Shown here in pieces: positions 44,422 through 58,504 of a DNA stretch of 64,000 nucleotides; position 1 is the first letter of the stretch, and every line of letters begins with the position of its first letter. The notes under the pieces were generated by a model. That model was given only the letters and a program-made list of their open reading frames with translations, did no database searches and was not told the origin of the DNA. Origin of the DNA: Eledone cirrhosa (Eukaryota); NCBI GenBank assembly GCA_964016885.1, contig OZ024741.1, forward strand, positions 103,478,001 to 103,542,000, given 5' to 3'. Made by a program: the position numbers and the translations under genes.

Positions 44422-44638
44422 AGGGCGATGGATTGGCAGAATCAGTAGAGCGTCGGACACCATGCTTTGCAGCATAGAGTTATGGCCCTTTATGATCTGA
44501 GTTCAAATCCCGCCGAGGTAAACTTTGCCTTTCATCCTTACGGGGTCGATAAAATAAAGTACCAGTCACGCACTGGAGTCGATTTAATCGACTTTCCCCT
44601 CTCTCCAAATTGCTGGCCTTGTGCATATATAAGAAACC
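44422..44638 (+). mobile_element. SINE family A with flanking direct repeat
   Basis: Full copy flanked by the duplicated sequence attatgtaaatgactct (about 44404-44420 and 44639-44655), a probable TSD. Confidence 0.9.
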
Positions 44639-45140
44639 ATTATGTAAATGACTCTACCAAACTCCGACTATTAGATTTGTACATCATCTGTCGCATATTT
44701 ATTTTGTTTATAACGTATGTTATTAATGTATATATTTTAGCATTGTATTGTAATATGAGTAAGACTTCCATAATTAATCTTTTATTTCTGTGGGGAATTC
44801 TATATATTATGGATGCATTGTTTACTAATTTGTTGTTTGTGATATGTGGTGTAGCGTGTTGCTTATGGCCAATGTAACAATTGGTACCAAGAAGTTTACA
44901 ACTTTCACATTTACAATGTAACTTTTACATCACATTGTTCATTTATAGTTTGTCCTCGGGTTTATAAGCTTGCAGGTTTATTGTTAATAAGGAGGGCGCA
45001 GTGTTTTTGTAGTATATCATGTTAGCTCATGGTTTGGTGTAATGCACTTTGTATTTGGCGAGATAAGGCGGTTTTTAATGAAATTTAATAAAAAGGTTGT
45101 ACTTGTCTTGCAGGTAACTTGATCAGAGACGTTGAAACTG

Positions 45141-45177
<37 letters not shown>

Positions 45178-46144
45178 GAAAATAGAGAAATTAATGTAAG
45201 CAAAATGCCAACAATAATTCAGACATATGAGTGACTATACCATCTATATATATATATAATTTTGTCTGTGAATAAATTCTCTCTCTAAAGCAATGTTTGG
45301 GCAGTTGTGTCTTAATGTCATATTACAATTATGCAGAGAGTTTGTTCATAATGTATAGGTAGGGCTTCCATGATTTTTTTTTTATATATCTGAAAAAGGT
45401 TCTGGGAAAATACAATTTGGGGAAGCACTGCTTTATACGTTCACTTGATCTGTTAAAAATAGCAGCTAGATCTCTCTGAATAAATCTTTACCTTCCTTTT
45501 AAAAGGGGGAAAGAAGGTATTAATTAGATAATGGAAGCACTGGATACTCTATACCTTAATAATAAAGAAAATAGATAGGTTAGTCACAGCTTGAACTTCT
45601 TTGATCGCATGTCTACACTGTCATTAAGGCCTGACCTGGGCTAAATAACGACAACAAAAACGACGGTGACAACAAAAACAAAACAAGAACAATAACAACA
45701 GTAACAACAAAAATAGTAACTGCAACAACGACAAGTTTAACATAACAAAAACATTTTCAATGCAAGATACGACTAAAAAAATTATAAATAACGATATCAA
45801 TAAAAAAAAAAAAGAAACAACGACGGTAACAACAACAACAACAAGTTTAACATAACAAAAACAACATTTATACAATGCAAGCAATCACAAAATATAAATA
45901 GCTATATCAATAACAGCAGCAACAATAACAAGAGAAATAATAATAACAGTCACAAGTTTAACAAAACAAAAACATTACAATGCAAGCAATCATCAAATAT
46001 AAATAACTATATCAGTAACAACAACAACAATAACAATCACATCAACAACAATAATAAGAGTAGCCACGCCACTATTTTGAAGAAAACATGTCAACAGCAA
46101 CAATAACAATCACATTAACAACGGCATTAACAATAACAACAATG

Positions 46145-46620
46145 ACATACCACCACCACCAACATTAACACCACCAGCGTCACTACCAACACCACCAACA
46201 CCTCCACCAGCACCACCATTCCCATCAACATCACCATCATCACCATCACCGCCTCCACCATTACCATCAACATCACCAACATTACCATCAACAACACCAC
46301 CACCACCACCACCTCCATCACCATCATCACCACCATCACTGCCATCACCATCGCCAACATTACCATCAACACCACCGCCACCACCACCATCGCCACCATC
46401 ACCACCACCACTACCATCACCACCATCAACACCACCACCCCATCACCATCACCACCACCTCAATCACCTCCACCACCTCCACCATCATCATCACCACCAC
46501 TACCACCACAACCATCATCATACCCCCCGACCCCACCACTACCTCCACTATCCCCATCACTCCCTCCACTCCCACGGCCAGTGCTACCAACACCACGACC
46601 TCCACCATCAACAACAGCAA
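46145..46620. repeat. Degenerate (CAC/CAT/CAA)n trinucleotide tract
   Basis: Directly visible. Confidence 0.9.
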
Positions 46621-46662
46621 CAAGTTTGTTTTTTTTAAATCCAGACGAGAGAAAAAACAATG

Positions 46663-47015
46663 CCTCTCTCTCACCCTCTCTCTCAACCTCTCCCTCACCC
46701 TCTCTCTCACCCTCTCCCTCTCCCTCACCCTCTCCCTCACCCTCTCTCTCACCCTCTCTCTCACCCTCTCTCTCACCCTCTCCCTCACCCTCTCTCTCAC
46801 CCTCTCTCTCAACCTCTCCCTCACCCTCTCCCTCCCCCTCTCTCTCACCCACTCTCTCCCCCACTCTCTCACCCTCTCTCTCACCCTCTCCCTCACCCTC
46901 TCTCTCACCCTCTCCCTCACCCTCTCTCTCAACCTCTCTCTCACCCTCTCCCTCTCTCTCACCCTCTCTCTCACCCACTCTCTCACCCTCACCCTCTCCC
47001 TCACCCTCTCCTTCA
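46663..47015. repeat. Polypyrimidine 12-bp tandem repeat (CCCTCTC(T/C)CTCA)n
   Basis: Directly visible. Confidence 0.9.
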
Positions 47016-47486
47016 CCCCACCCCCCCACACACACACACACCCTCACCACCACCCCCAAAAAGAAAAACAAAAATTAGCAATACCAACAACTATACCAAC
47101 GCAGTAATCACTTCTAACAAGTTCCCGATAATACCAATGGCAGCAACTCCAACAACAACAACTACAACAAACAACAACAACTACAACTACAACTACAACA
47201 ATAATGACAACAATTGTAGTAGCTTTGATTTATTTCAACTGACTGTCGTATATCTGTGTATATATATATATATATTTATATGTGTGTGTGTGTGTGTACG
47301 TATTTGTCGTATATATATATATTTATGTGTGTGTGTGTGTGTACGTATTTGTCGTATATATATATATTTATGTGTGTGTGTGTGTACGTATTTGTCGTAT
47401 ATATATATGTGTGTGTGTGTATGTACGTATGTGTCGTATATATATATATACGCCTATATGTCTCTCGCTCTCTCTCTCTCTCTCTA

Positions 47487-47588
<102 letters not shown>

Positions 47589-47650
47589 TGTGTGTGTGTG
47601 TGTATATACATACACACATATATATATATACCTACAGGGACACACACATG

Positions 47651-47681
<31 letters not shown>

Positions 47682-47688
47682 TTATGTA

Positions 47689-47810
<122 letters not shown>

Positions 47811-48102
47811 TCCTTACTTTATATTTTATTCACTCATTTTCTTTATTTCTCTATTCATTTATTTATTCATCGTCAAAACGAAACATGGAAGTCTTTAATC
47901 AATCTCGGGTAGTTTATATAGCGAGGTAGATAGCGGGTGGTAGATAGGTATGGCGGGTGGTATGTTGGTAGATAGGTATAATGGGTGAGTGGGTGGTATA
48001 GTGGGGGTAAATAGGTAGGTAGGGTGGTAAGTATAGCGGGTGTGTGTAGAGCGGTAGGGAGTGTGTGAGAGAGTGAGAGAAAGAGATCAAGTGGGAGAGA
48101 GA

Positions 48103-48174
<72 letters not shown>

Positions 48175-48934
48175 GAGAGAAATAGCGAGAGAGTGGGGGA
48201 GTAAGTAATGTTAAAGGGTGCTTGGATTAAGCTTGTCGGAAGTTGGGGGGGGGGGGGGGTAGAGAGAGAGAATTGGACAGAGAAAGAGGGAAAAAGAGGG
48301 AGAGAGAGAAGGAGACAAAGAGAGAGAGAGAGAGAGAGAGAGAGATGGGGGGAGGAGACAGAGAGAAAAAGAGAGAGAGAAAAAGAGAGCGAGAGAAAGA
48401 GTGAGAGAGAGAGAGAGAAGGAGACAAAGAGAGAGAAACAGAGAGAGAGAGGAAGAGAGAAAAAGAGTTGGTGGGTAAATCTGGGGTGTGGGTTGAAACA
48501 AGGGAGGACAGTGGAGGGCAGATGGGGAAGGCAGAGGGTGCTGGAGAGGGTGGCGAGAAACTATTAGTGAGGTAAGGAACTATCAAAACATTGGTGAACA
48601 TGTCACATTGTAACTATAGATCTGGGGTGGTGTGGGTAGAATAGAGGTGAGGATAGAAGGGAGTGGTGGGGTAGTGGAGTCGTGGAGTGGGGCTGGAAGA
48701 GTAAGTAAGGTTTAGAGGGAGGGAGAGAGGTAGTAAAGTAGTGGAGTAAAGGGGGTATTGAGTTGGAGGGTGGTAGCAGTGGTGGTAGTGATGGTGGCGG
48801 TGGCAATGGTGGTGGTGGTAGTGGCAGTAGTGATGGTGGAGGGGAGGGGGGGGGGGGGTAATTGTGGTGGGTGGGGGTACGACGAGAAGGGTGAAAGTTG
48901 TGAATGAGGTGAAGGAGGAAAGAGGTGGGGTCGA

Positions 48935-51900
48935 GGTGGTTGCGGTGGTGGCGTCGTTGAGTAAGGTGGTAGCGGTGGTGTCGTTGAGTAAGGTGGGTAG
49001 CGGTGGTGGTGTCGTTGAGTAAGGTGGGTAGCGGTGGTGGTGTCATTGAGTAAGGTGGTAGCGGTGGTGGTGTCGTTGAGTAAGGTGGGTAGCGGTGGTG
49101 GTGTCATTGAGTAAGGTGGTAGCGGTGGTGGTGTCGTTGAGTAAGGTGGTAGCGGTGGTGGTGTCGTTGAGCGAGGTGGGTAGCGGTGGTGGTGTCGTTG
49201 AGTAAGGTGGGTAGCGGTGGTGGTGTCATTGAGTAAGGTGGTAGCGGTGGTGGTGTGGTTCAGTAAGGTGGGTAGCGGTGGTGGTGTCGTTGAGTAAGGT
49301 GGGTAGCGGTGGTGGTGTCGTTGAGTAAGGTGGGTAGCGGTGGTGGTGTCATTGAGTAAGGTGGTAGCGGTGGTGGTGTCATTGAGTAAGGTGGTAGCGG
49401 TGGTGGTGTTGTTGAGTGAGGTGGGTAGCGGTGGTGGTGTCGTTGAGTAAGGTGGGTAGCGGTGGTGGTGTCGTTGAGTAAGGTGGGTAGCGGTGGTGGT
49501 GTCATTGAGTAAGGTGGTAGCGGGTGGTGGTGTCGTTGAGTAAGGTGGTAGCGGTGGTGGTGTCGTTGAGTAAGGTGGGTAGCGGTGGTGGTGTCGTTGA
49601 GTAAGGTGGGTAGCGGTGGTGGTGTCATTGAGTAAGGTGGTAGCGGTGGTGGTGTCGTTGAGTAAGGTGGTAGCGGTGGTGGTGTCGTTGAGTAAGGTGG
49701 GTAGCGGTGGTGGTGTCATTGAGTAAGGTGGTAGCGGTGGTGGTGTCATTGAGTAAGGTGGTAGCGGTGGTGGTGTTGTTGAGTGAGGTGGGTAGCGGTG
49801 GTGGTGTCGTTGAGTAAGGTGGGTAGCGGTGGTGGTGTCATTGAGTAAGGTGGGTAGCGGCGGTGGTGTCATTGAGTAAGGTGGTAGCGGGTGGTGGTGT
49901 GGTTCAGTAAGGTGGGTAGCGGTGGTGTCGTTGAGTAAGGTGGGTAGCGGTGGTGGTGTCGTTGAGTAAGGGTGGGTAGCGGTGGTGGTGTCGTTTGAGT
50001 AAGGTGGGTACCGTGGTGGTGTCATTGAGTAAGGTGGGTAGCGGTGGTGGTGTCATTGAGTAAGGTGGGTAGCGGTGGTGGTGTCATTGAGTAAGGTGGT
50101 AGCGGTGGTGGTGTCGTTGAGTAAGGTGGTTGCGGTGGTGGTGTCGTTGAGTAAGGTGGTAGCGGTGGTGGTGTTGTTGAGTGAGGTGGGTAGCGGTGGT
50201 GGTGTCGTTGAGTAAGGTGGTAGCGGTGGTGGTGTCGTTGAGTAAGGTGGGTAGCGGTGGTGGTGTCGTTGAGTAAGGTGGGTAGCGGTGGTGGTGTCAT
50301 TGAGTAAGGTGGGTAGCGGTGGTGGTGTCGTTGAGTAAGGTGGTAGCGGTTGGTGGTGTCGTTGAGTAAGGTGGTAGCGGTGGTGGTGTCATTGAGTAAG
50401 GTGGTAGCGGTGGTGGTGTCGTGAGTGAGGTGGGTAGCGGCGGTGGTGTCATTGAGTAAGGTGGTAGCGGTGGTGGTGTCGTTGAGTGAGGTGGGTAGCG
50501 GCGGTGGTGTCATTGAGTAAGTGGTAGCGGTGGTGGTGTCATTGAGTAAGGTGGTAGCGGTGGTGGTGTGGTTCAGTAAGGTGGGTAGCGGTGGTGTCGT
50601 TGAGTAAGGTGGGTAGCGGTGGTGGTGTCGTTGAGTAAGGTGGTAGAGGTGGTGGTGTCGTTGAGTGAGGTGGGTAGCGGCGGTGGTGTCATTGAGTAAG
50701 GTGGTAGCGGTGGTGGTGTCGTTGAGTGAGGTGGGTAGCGGTGGTGGTGTCGTTGAGTAAGGTGGTAGCGGTGGTGGTGTCGTTGAGTAAGGTGGGTAGC
50801 GGTGGTGGTGTCATTGAGTAAGGTGGTAGCGGTGGTGGTGTCATTGAGTAAGGTGGTAGCGGTGGTGGTGTGGTTCAGTAAGGTGGGTAGCGGTGGTGTC
50901 GTTGAGTAAGGTGGGTAGCGGTGGTGGTGTCGTTGAGTAAGGTGGGTAGCGGTGGTGGTGTCGTTGAGTAAGGTGGGTACCGTGGTGGTGTCATTGAGTA
51001 AGGTGGGTAGCGGTGGTGGTGTCATTGAGTAAGGTGGTAGCGGTGGTGGTGTCGTTGAGTAAGGTGGGTAGCGGTGGTGGTGTCATTGAGTAAGGTGGGT
51101 AGCGGTGGTGGTGTCATTGAGTAAGGTGGTAGCGGTGGTGGTGTCGTTGAGTAAGGTGGTAGCGGTGGTGTCGTTGAGTGAGGTGGGTAGCGGTGGTGGT
51201 GTCGTTGAGTAAGGTGGGTAGCGGTGGTGGTGTCGTTGAGCGAGGTGGGTAGCGGTGGTGGTGTCGTTGAGTAAGGTGGGTAGCGGTGGTGGTGTCATTG
51301 AGTAAGGTGGGTACCGTGGTGGTGTCATTGAGTAAGGTGGTAGCGGTGGTGGTGTCGTTGAGTAAGGTGGTAGCGGTGGTGGTGTCATTGAGTAAGGTGG
51401 TAGCGGTGGTGGTGTCGTTGAGTAAGGTGGTAGCGGTGGTGGTGTCATTGAGTAAGGTGGTAGCGGTGGTGGTGTCATTGAGTAAGGTGGTAGCGGTGGT
51501 GGTGTGGTTCAGTAAGGTGGGTAGCGGTGGTGTCGTTGAGTAAGGTGGGTAGCGGTGGTGGTGTCGTTGAGTAAGGTGGGTAGCGGTGGTGGTGTCGTTG
51601 AGCGAGGTGGGTAGCGGTGGTGGTGTCGTTGAGTAAGGTGGTAGCGGTGGTGGTGTCATTGAGTAAGGTGGTAGCGGTGGTGGTGTGGTTCAGTAAGGTG
51701 GGTAGCGGTGGTGTCGTTGAGTAAGGTGGGTAGCGGTGGTGGTGTCGTTGAGTAAGGTGGGTAGCGGTGGTGGTGTCGTTGAGCGAGGTGGGTAGCGGTG
51801 GTGGTGTCGTTGAGTAAGGTGGGTAGCGGTGGTGGTGTCATTGAGTAAGGCGGTAGCGGTAGTGGTGTCATTGAGTAAGGTGGTAGCGGTGGTGGTGTCG

Positions 51901-54900
51901 TTGAGTGAGGTGGGTAGCGGTGGTGGTGTCGTTGAGTAAGGTGGGTAGCGGTGGTGGTGTCATTGAGTAAGGTGGTAGCGGTGGTGGTGTCATTGAGTAA
52001 GGTGGTAGCGGTGGTGGTGTGGTTCAGTAAGGTGGGTAGCGGTGGTGTCGTTGAGTAAGGTGGGTAGCGGTGGTGGTGTCGTTGAGTAAGGTGGGTAGCG
52101 GTGGTGGTGTCGTTGAGTAAGGTGGTAGCGGTGGTGGTGTCATTGAGTAAGGTGGGTAGCGGTGGTGGTGTTGTTGAGTAAGGTGGTAGCGGTGGTGGTG
52201 TCGTTGAGTAAGGTGGGTAGCGGTGGTGGTGTCATTGAGTAAGGTGGTAGCGATGGTGGTGTCGTTGAGTAAGGTGGGTAGCGGTGGTGGTGTCATTGAG
52301 TAAGGTGGTAGCGGTGGTAGTGTTGTTGAGTAAGGTGGTAGCGGTGGTGGTGTCGTTGAGTAAGGCGGTAGCGGTGGTGGTGTCATTGAGTAAGGTGGTA
52401 GCGATGGTGGTGTCGTTGAGTAAGGTGGGTAGCGGTGGTGGTGTCATTGAGTAAGGTGGTAGCGGTGGTAGTGTTGTTGAGTAAGGTGGTAGCGGTGGTG
52501 GTGTCGTTGAGTAAGGCGGTAGCGGTGGTGGTGTCATTGAGTAAGGTGGTAGCGGTGGTGGTGTCATTGAGTAAGGCGGTAGCGGTGGTGGTGTCATTGA
52601 GTAAGGTGGTAGCGGTGGTGGTGTCATTGAGTAAGGCGGTAGCGGTGGTGGTGTCATTGAGTAAGGTGGTAGCGGTGGTGGTGTCATTGAGTAAGGTGGT
52701 AGCGGTGGTGGTGTCGTTGAGTAAGGTGGGTAGCGGTGGTGGTGTCGTTGAGTAAGGTGGGTAGCGGTGGTGGTGTCATTGAGTAAGGTGGTAGCGGTGG
52801 TGGTGTCGTTGAGTAAGGTGGTTGCGGTGGTGGTGTCGTTGAGTAAGGTGGTAGCGGTGGTGGTGTCATTGAGTAAGGTGGTAGCGGTGGTGGTGTCATT
52901 GAGTAAGGTGGTAGCGGTGGTGGTGTCGTTGAGTAAGGTGGTAGCGGTGGTGGTGTCGTTGAGTAAGGTGGTTGCGGTGGTGGTGTCGTTGAGTAAGGTG
53001 GTAGCGGTGGTGGTGTCATTGAGTAAGGTGGTAGCGGTGGTGGTGTCATTGAGTAAGGTGGTAGCGGTGGTGGTGTCGTTGAGTAAGGTGGTAGCGGTGG
53101 TGGTGTCGTTGAGTAAGGTGGGTAGCGGTGGTGGTGTCATTGAGTAAGGTGGTAGCGGTGGTGGTGTCGTTGAGTAAGGTGGTAGCGGTGGTGGTGTCAT
53201 TGAGTAAGGCGGTAGCGGTGGTGGTGTCATTGAGTAAGGTGGGTAGCGGTGGTGGTGTCATTGAGTAAGGTGGTAGCGGTGGTGGTGTCGTTGAGTAAGG
53301 TGGTAGCGGTGGTGGTGTCATTGAGTAAGGCGGTAGCGGTGGTGGTGTCATTGAGTAAGGTGGTAGCGGTGGTGGTGTCGTTGAGTAAGGTGGTAGCGGT
53401 GGTGGTGTCATTGAGTAAGGCGGTAGCGGTGGTGGTGTCATTGAGTAAGGTGGTAGCGGTGGTGGTGTCGTTGAGTAAGGTGGTAGCGGCGGTGGTGTCG
53501 TTGAGTAAGGTGGTAGCGGTGGTGGTGTCATTGTGTAAGGTGGTAGCGGTGGTGGTGTCATTGAGTGAGGTGGGTAGCGGTGGTGGTGTCGTTGAGTAAG
53601 GTGGTAGCGGTGGTGTCGTTGAGTAAGGTGGGTAGCGGTGGTGGTGTCATTGAGTAAGGTGGTAGCGGTGGTGGTGTCATTGAGTAAGGCGGTAGCGGTG
53701 GTGGTGTCATTGAGTAAGGTGGTAGCGGTGGTGGTGTCGTTGAGTAAGGTGGTAGCGGCGGTGGTGTCGTTGAGTAAGGTGGTAGCGGTGGTGGTGTCGT
53801 TGAGTAAGGTGGTAGCGGCGGTGGTGTCGTTGAGTAAGGTGGTAGCGGTGGTGGTGTCATTGTGTAAGGTGGTAGCGGTGGTGGTGTCATTGAGTGAGGT
53901 GGGTAGCGGTGGTGGTGTCGTTGAGTAAGGTGGTAGCGGTGGTGTCGTTGAGTAAGGTGGGTAGCGGTGGTGGTGTCATTGAGTAAGGTGGTAGCGGTGG
54001 TGGTGTCATTGAGTAAGGCGGTAGCGGTGGTGGTGTCATTGAGTAAGGCGGTAGCGGTGGTGGTGTCATTGAGTAAGGTGGTAGCGGTGGTGGTGTCGTT
54101 GAGTAAGGTGGGTAGCGGTGGTGGTGTCATTGAGTAAGGTGGTAGCGGTGGTGGTGTCATTGAGTAAGGCGGTAGCGGTGGTGGTGTCGTTGAGTAAGGT
54201 GGGTAGCGGTGGTGGTGTCGTTGAGTAAGGTGGTAGCGGTGGTGGTGTCGTTGAGTAAGGTGGTAGCGGTGGTGGTGTCGTTGAGTAAGGTGGTAGCGGT
54301 GGTGGTGTCGTTGAGTAAGGTGGGTAGCGGTGGTGGTGTCGTTGAGTAAGGTGGGTAGCGGTGGTGGTTGTCGTTGAGTAAGGTGGTAGCGGTGGTGGTG
54401 TCGTTGAGTAAGGTGGGTAGCGGTGGTGGTGTCGTTGAGTAAGGTGGTAGCGGTGGTGTCGTTGAGTAAGGTGGGTAGCGGTGGTGGTGTCGTTGAGTAA
54501 GGTGGTAGCGGTGGTGGTGTCATTGAGTAAGGTGGTAGCGGTGGTGGTGTCGTTGAGTAAGGTGGGTAGCGGTGGTGGTGTCGTTGAGTAAGGTGGTAGC
54601 GGTGGTGGTGTCGTTGAGTAAGGTGGTAGCGGTGGTGGTGTCGTTGAGTAAGGTGGTAGCGGTGGTGGTGTCGTTGAGTAAGGTGGTAGCGGTGGTGGTG
54701 TCATTGAGTAAGGTGGTAGCGGTGGTGGTGTCGTTGAGTAAGGTGGGTAGCGGTGGTGGTGTCGTTGAGTAAGGTGGTAGCGGTGGTGTCGTTGAGTAAG
54801 GTGGGTAGCGGTGGTGGCAGTGTTGAGTAAGGTGGGTAGCGGTGGTGGTGTCATTGAGTAAGGTGGTAGCGGTGGTGGCAGTGTTGAGTAAGGTGGGTAG

Positions 54901-57882
54901 CGGTGGTGGTGTCATTGAGTAAGGTGGTAGCGGTGGTGGTGTCGTTGAATAAGGTGGTTGCGGTGGTGGTGTCGTTGAGTAAGGTGGTAGCGGTGGTGGT
55001 GTCGTTGAGTAAGGTGGTAGCGGTGGTGGTGTCGTTGAGTAAGGTGGTAGCGGTGGTGGTGTCATTGAGTAAGGTGGTAGCGGTGGTGGTGTCGTTGAGT
55101 AAGGTGGTAGCGGTGGTGGTGTCGTTGAGTAAGGTGGGTAGAGGTGGTGGTGTCGTTGAGTGAGGTGGGTAGCGGTGGTGGTGTTGTTGAGTAAGGTGTA
55201 GCGGTGGTGGTGTCGTTGAGTGAGGTGGGTAGCGGTGGTGGTGTTGTTGAGTGAGGTGGTAGCGGTGGTGGTGTCGTTGAGTGAGGTGGGTAGCGGTGGT
55301 GGTGTTGTTGAGTGAGGTGGGTAGCGGTGGTGGTGTTGTTGAGTAAGGTGGGTAGCGCTGGTGGTGTCGTTGAATAAGGTGGTTGCGGTGGTGGTGTCGT
55401 TGAGTAAGGTGGTAGCGGTGGTGGTGTCGTTGAGTGAGGTGGGTAGCGGTGGTGGTGTCGTTGAATAAGGTGGTTGCGGTGGTGGTGTCGTTGAGTAAGG
55501 TGGTAGCGGTGGTGGTGTCATTGAGTAAGGTGGTAGCGGTGGTGGTGTCGTTGAGTGAGGTGGGTAGCGGTGGTGGTGTCGTTGAATAAGGTGGTTGCGG
55601 TGGTGGTGTCGTTGAGTAAGGTGGTAGCGGTGGTGGTGTCGTTGAGTAAGGTGGTAGCGGTGGTGGTGTCATTGAGTAAGGTGGTAGCGGTGGTGGTGTC
55701 GTTGAGTAAGGTGGTTGCGGTGGTGGTGTCGTTGAGTAAGGTGGGTAGCGGTGGTGGTGTCGTTGAGTAAGGTGGGTAGCGGTGGTGGTGTCATTGAGTA
55801 AGGTGGTAGCGGTGGTGGTGTCATTGAGTAAGGTGGGTAGCGGTGGTGGTGTCGTTGAGTAAGGTGGGTAGCGGTGGTGGTGTCATTGAGTAAGGTGGTA
55901 GCGGTGGTGGTGTCATTGAGTAAGGTGGGTAGCGGTGGTGGTGTCATTGAGTAAGGTGGTAGCGGTGGTGGTGTCATTGAGTAAGGCGGTAGCGGTGGTG
56001 GTGTCATTGAGTAAGGTGGTAGCGGTGGTGGTGTCATTGAGTAAGGTGGTAGCGGTAGTGGTGTCGTTGAGTAAGGCGGTAGCGGTGGTGGTGTCATTGA
56101 GTAAGGCGGTAGCGGTGGTGGTGTCATTGAGTAAGGTGGTAGCGGTGGTGGTGTCGTTGAGTAAGGTGGTAGCGGTGGTGGTGTCGTTGAGTAAGGTGGT
56201 AGCGGTGGTGGTGTCGTTGAGTAAGGTGGTAGCGGTGGTGGTGTCGTTGAGTAAGGCGGTAGCGGTGGTGGTGTCATTGAGTAAGGCGGTAGCGGTGGTG
56301 GTGTCGTTGAGTAAGGTGGTAGCGGTGGTGGTGTCGTTGAGTAAGGTGGTAGCGGTGGTGGGTGTCGTTGAGTAAGGTGGTAGCGGTGGTGGTGTCGTTG
56401 AGTAAGGCGGTAGCGGTGGTGGTGTCATTGAGTAAGGCGGTAGCGGTGGTGGTGTCATTGAGTAAGGTGGTAGCGGTGGTGGTGTCATTGAGTAAGGTGG
56501 TAGCGGTGGTGGTGTCGTTGAGTAAGGTGGTAGCGGTGGTGGTGTCATTGAGTAAGGTGGTAGCGGTGGTGGTGTCATTGAGTAAGGTGGTAGCGGTGGT
56601 GGTGTCATTGAGTAAGGTGGTAGCGGTGGTGGTGTCATTGAGTAAGGTGGTAGCGGTGGTGGTGTCGTTGAGTAAGGCGGTAGCGGTGGTGGTGTCATTG
56701 AGTAAGGTGGTAGCGGTGGTGGTGTCGTTGAGTAAGGTGGTAGCGGTGGTGGTGTCGTTGAGTGAGGTGGGTAGCGGCGGTGGTGTCGTTGAGTAAGGTG
56801 GTAGCGGTGGTGGTGTCGTTGAGTAAGGTGGTAGCGGTGGTGGTGTCGTTGAGTAAGGTGGTAGCGGTGGTGGTGTCGTTGAGTGAGGTGGGTAGCGGCG
56901 GTGGTGTCGTTGAGTAAGGTGGTAGCGGTGGTGGTGTCGTTGAGTAAGGTGGGTAGCGGTGGTGGTGTCGTTGAGTAAGGTGGTAGCGGTGGTGGCAGTG
57001 TTGAGTAAGGTGGGTAGCGGTGGTGGTGTCGTTGAGTAAGGTGGTAGCGGTGGTGGCAGTGTTGAGTAAGGTGGGTAAGGGGGGTGGTGTCGTTGAGTAA
57101 GGTGGTAGTGGTGGTGGCAGTGTTGAGTAAGGTGGTAGCGGTGGTGGCAGTGTTGAGTAAGGTGGGTAAGGGGGGTGGTGTCGTTGAGTAAGGTGGTAGT
57201 GGTGGTGGCAGTGTTGAGTAAGGTGGTAGCGGTGGTGGCAGTGTTGAGTAAGGTGGTAGCGGTGGTGGCAGTGTTGAGTAAGGCGGTAGCGGTGGTGGCA
57301 GTGTTGAGTAAGGTGGGTAGCGGTGGTGGCAGTGTTGAGTAAGGCTGGTAGCGGTGGTGGCAGTGTTGAGTAAGGTGGGTAGCGGTGGTGGCAGTGTTGA
57401 GTAAGGTGGGTAGCGGTGGTGGCAGTGTTGAGTAAGGCGGTAGCGGTGGTGGCAGTGTTGAGTAAGGTGGGTAGCGGTGGTGGCAGTGTTGAGTAAGGCG
57501 GTAGCGGTTGGTGGCAGTGTTGAGTAAGGTGGGTAGCGGTGGTGGCAGTGTTGAGTAAGGCGGTAGCGGTGGTGGCAGTGTTGAGTAAGGTGGGTAGCGG
57601 TGGTGGCAGTGTTGAGTAAGGCGGTAGCGGTGGTGGCAGTGTTGAGTAAGGTGGGTAGCGGTGGTGGCAGTGTTGAGTAAGGTGGGTAGCGGTGGTGGCA
57701 GTGTTGAGTAAGGCGGTAGCGGTGGTGGCAGTGTTGAGTAAGGTGGGTAGCGGTGGTGGCAGTGTTGAGTAAGGCGGTAGCGGTGGTGGCAGTGTTGAGT
57801 AAGGTGGGTAGCGGTGGTGGCAGTGTTGAGTAAGGTGGGTAGCGGTGGTGGCAGTGTTGAGTAAGGCGGTAGCGGTGGTGGT
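48935..57882. repeat. ~9-kb satellite, 30/31-bp unit GTG(G)GTAGCGGTGGTGGTGTC(G/A)TTGAGTAAG
   Basis: Directly visible array of roughly 295 units. The variant ...GGTGGCAGTGTTGAGTAAG dominates after about 57000. Confidence 0.98.
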
Positions 57883-58382
57883 GGATTGACTGTTATCAAT
57901 GTTTAATAACTCAACCTACCTGTGTGTGACAGACATAGTCTGGGAAATGTGAGGAGGTGAAGGGGGGGGGGGGAATTCGGAGTAGTGGTAGTAGTAGTGA
58001 GGAGTAGAACAGGAGAAGAGATGGGAAAATGGAGAAATATGAACGACAATGGTAAAGGGTAGTGAGACAGAAGGAGATAGTGAGGAAGAGAGAAAGGGAG
58101 AGAGAGGAGATGAGGAGAACGTGAGGAAGTTAAGAGAGAGAGGGAGAGAGACAGATAGAAATGGGTAAAGATTTATAGTTAGAAAAAGAAAGAGAGCTAA
58201 ATCAATTATGAAAGGGGCTTCAACATGCTGCCCTTTCCTGTACATCTATGGCTACATTGTGCAATGTTACGTGTCTTCTTCAAGAGGTCATTCTTGAAGG
58301 AGATTTTTTGACTGCTACATCTAGCGAACCGGGTGGACACCGTAAAATAATTTGTGACAGACAGGGCAGATGACAGAGAGGT

Positions 58383-58504
<122 letters not shown>

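Noticed and set aside
48603-57899. Mucin/extensin-like ORFs (TTLLNDTTTA, PPPLPPYSTT)
   Set aside because: Interspersed 31- and 27/28-nt units shift frame constantly, so there is no frame preservation. No splice or signal-peptide context.
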